Below the pieces are notes generated by a model. The model ran no database searches and was not told the DNA's origin. It saw nothing but the letters and a program-made list of their open reading frames with translations. This document shows positions 49,300-50,740 of a stretch of DNA of 50,740 nucleotides, one piece after another. This stretch comes from Paramecium tetraurelia (Eukaryota): the NCBI GenBank assembly GCA_000165425.1, contig CT868065.1, forward strand, positions 124,001 to 174,740, given 5' to 3'. The position numbers were made by a program, and so were the translations under genes. Position 1 is the first letter of the stretch. The number at the start of each line of letters is the position of its first letter.

Positions 49300-50740
49300 T
49301 TTAAACTTTAGATTTTGTAAATTTCTCATATGGAATAATTTCTTGAAAAATCAAACTAATGGTGGCAGATCTATTAGTGATTTATTTTAGATTAATTTTT
49401 ATAAGAATAACAGAGGATAATGAATTGTAACAATAATCAATATTTTTTTTCTTTGGTTATAATTTTGCCATAACTCCTCAATCGATTATGTTCTTGACTG
49501 AATTTTCTCCTTCATTAACCTTATTTAAAATCTTTAAATTCATTCTTATTTATTTTACTCAATAAGGCTTACTCAAATAATATTTAAGCTTTACTTTTCT
49601 AAAATCCAAAGAGAATTAATTTGAAATTACCTTTTGATGTTAATAATTGCTTAAGAAATATTGTAATCTATCAGTCTATAACATTTGAAATCGTATCCTA
49701 GGATTAAAGTGAATGCTATTTTATAAATCTCAGCAATTAATATTTAAAAATTTATAATCTCCATAAAAATGATATTGGTCATAAGTTTATTTAAGAATCC
49801 ATTAAGGTTGAATACGTATTTAATAAGAAAAATAGCCTATAATAATACCAAACATTATCTTGAGGGCAGGTCTAAAAATTTTGCATATATAAGTTCAATT
49901 ATAAATTGTTATTAGAATTAAGTATGGGTTTAATGGAATAATGAGAGAAAGATGAGAGAAGGGATTGGTAAAAAGCAATTAAATCTTAGGTTAGTGTACC
50001 TGGGGTCAAAAATATTCAGTATAGTTTTATAAGTTTATCCATCATCATTTTTTTCTTACAATAAATTAATATAAGAATTTTCAAGACTAAAAACCATCAT
50101 AAAGAAATAATTGTTATATAAAATCATAATCTTCCCTAATGGGATACACTTTTAAAAAATTGGATTGCAGGGATGATTAGAGGATAAGAGAAAGGACGTT
50201 CATAAACAGTTGATTTAAGGAAGTTAATAGTAGAATTATTTAATAGAGTATTTGTTTGGAAATCTTTGACAAGACTAATATAATCAAAATCTAATTTGTT
50301 GCTGAATATTAATCATTCTACAATTTTAAATTACTGAGTTTAAGTAGCATACTCTTAGAATAATTATTAGGCGTTCTATATATGTGAAAATGCTTTCATC
50401 ATATTTTGAAAATTATGTGGCTGGATAGTAGGAAGATAAGTAATTAAATATCTAAAACAATGGTATGTGAACTTGTGGTAAGATAGCAGTGTTACAGAGA
50501 TAGGAAATTGCATTTTCAAGCTATAAGATTTTACTATTAGGAAATGTGATTTCTAATAATTTTGAAGTTGTAACCTTTATAATTTATTATAATATGTTTA
50601 CAAAATTAGAGCAAAATCCATATATTATTTTCAAGGCTCTATTTAATATAGTTTTAGCTTAATTAGATTTTGAAATCTTACTTTCAAAGAGTAGCTAGAT
50701 CTATCACATTATATACATTCAATAGATATTGAGTTACACT
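49300..50740 (-). pseudogene. Probable decayed multi-pass membrane protein gene running off the window end
   Basis: Hydrophobic coding-like patches (LLFTNPFSHLSLIIPLNPYLILITI; PALKIMFGIIIGYFSY) are separated by TGAs and frame changes. Boundaries are approximate. Confidence 0.3.

Noticed and set aside
1..50740. Telomeric repeats, retained IESs, transposons, tRNA or rRNA genes
   Set aside because: No (T/G)TTGGG arrays, transposase or reverse transcriptase motifs, or tRNA-like GC-rich cloverleafs were seen. Intact genes are interrupted only by GT..AG introns. Short IESs in intergenic DNA cannot be excluded by eye.

Overview
AT-rich, gene-dense ciliate DNA, almost certainly Paramecium macronuclear sequence (inferred). 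TAA/TAG read as Gln, TGA is the only stop, introns are about 20-30 nt GT..AG, and genes can be as little as 6-40 nt apart. The supplied ORF track uses the wrong genetic code and is mostly artefact, so I re-read all genes by eye in code 6. Recognisable genes: type I DnaJ, septin, a trichocyst matrix protein precursor, malectin, tRNA dimethylallyltransferase, a RING/B-box/coiled-coil/LRR protein, tubulin cofactor C, a PH-OSBP lipid transfer protein, a Ser/Thr kinase, a TGS1-like methyltransferase, an SK-like K+ channel, a B-box protein and an HSF-type transcription factor. There are also several hypothetical genes and several decaying genes, including clear MORN-repeat and ANTH-TKL kinase pseudogenes. 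The most striking feature is a ~12 kb gene (10787-22808) for a ~4000-aa secreted protein. It has a signal peptide, a helical N-terminal domain, Q/E/K and Ser-rich tandem arrays, and ten LamG/ConA-like domains that appear to alternate A-B five times. It also has an unexplained 1-nt frame discontinuity near 12408. No tRNA, rRNA, telomere, CRISPR or transposon was recognised. All family calls come from motif recognition, not database searches.
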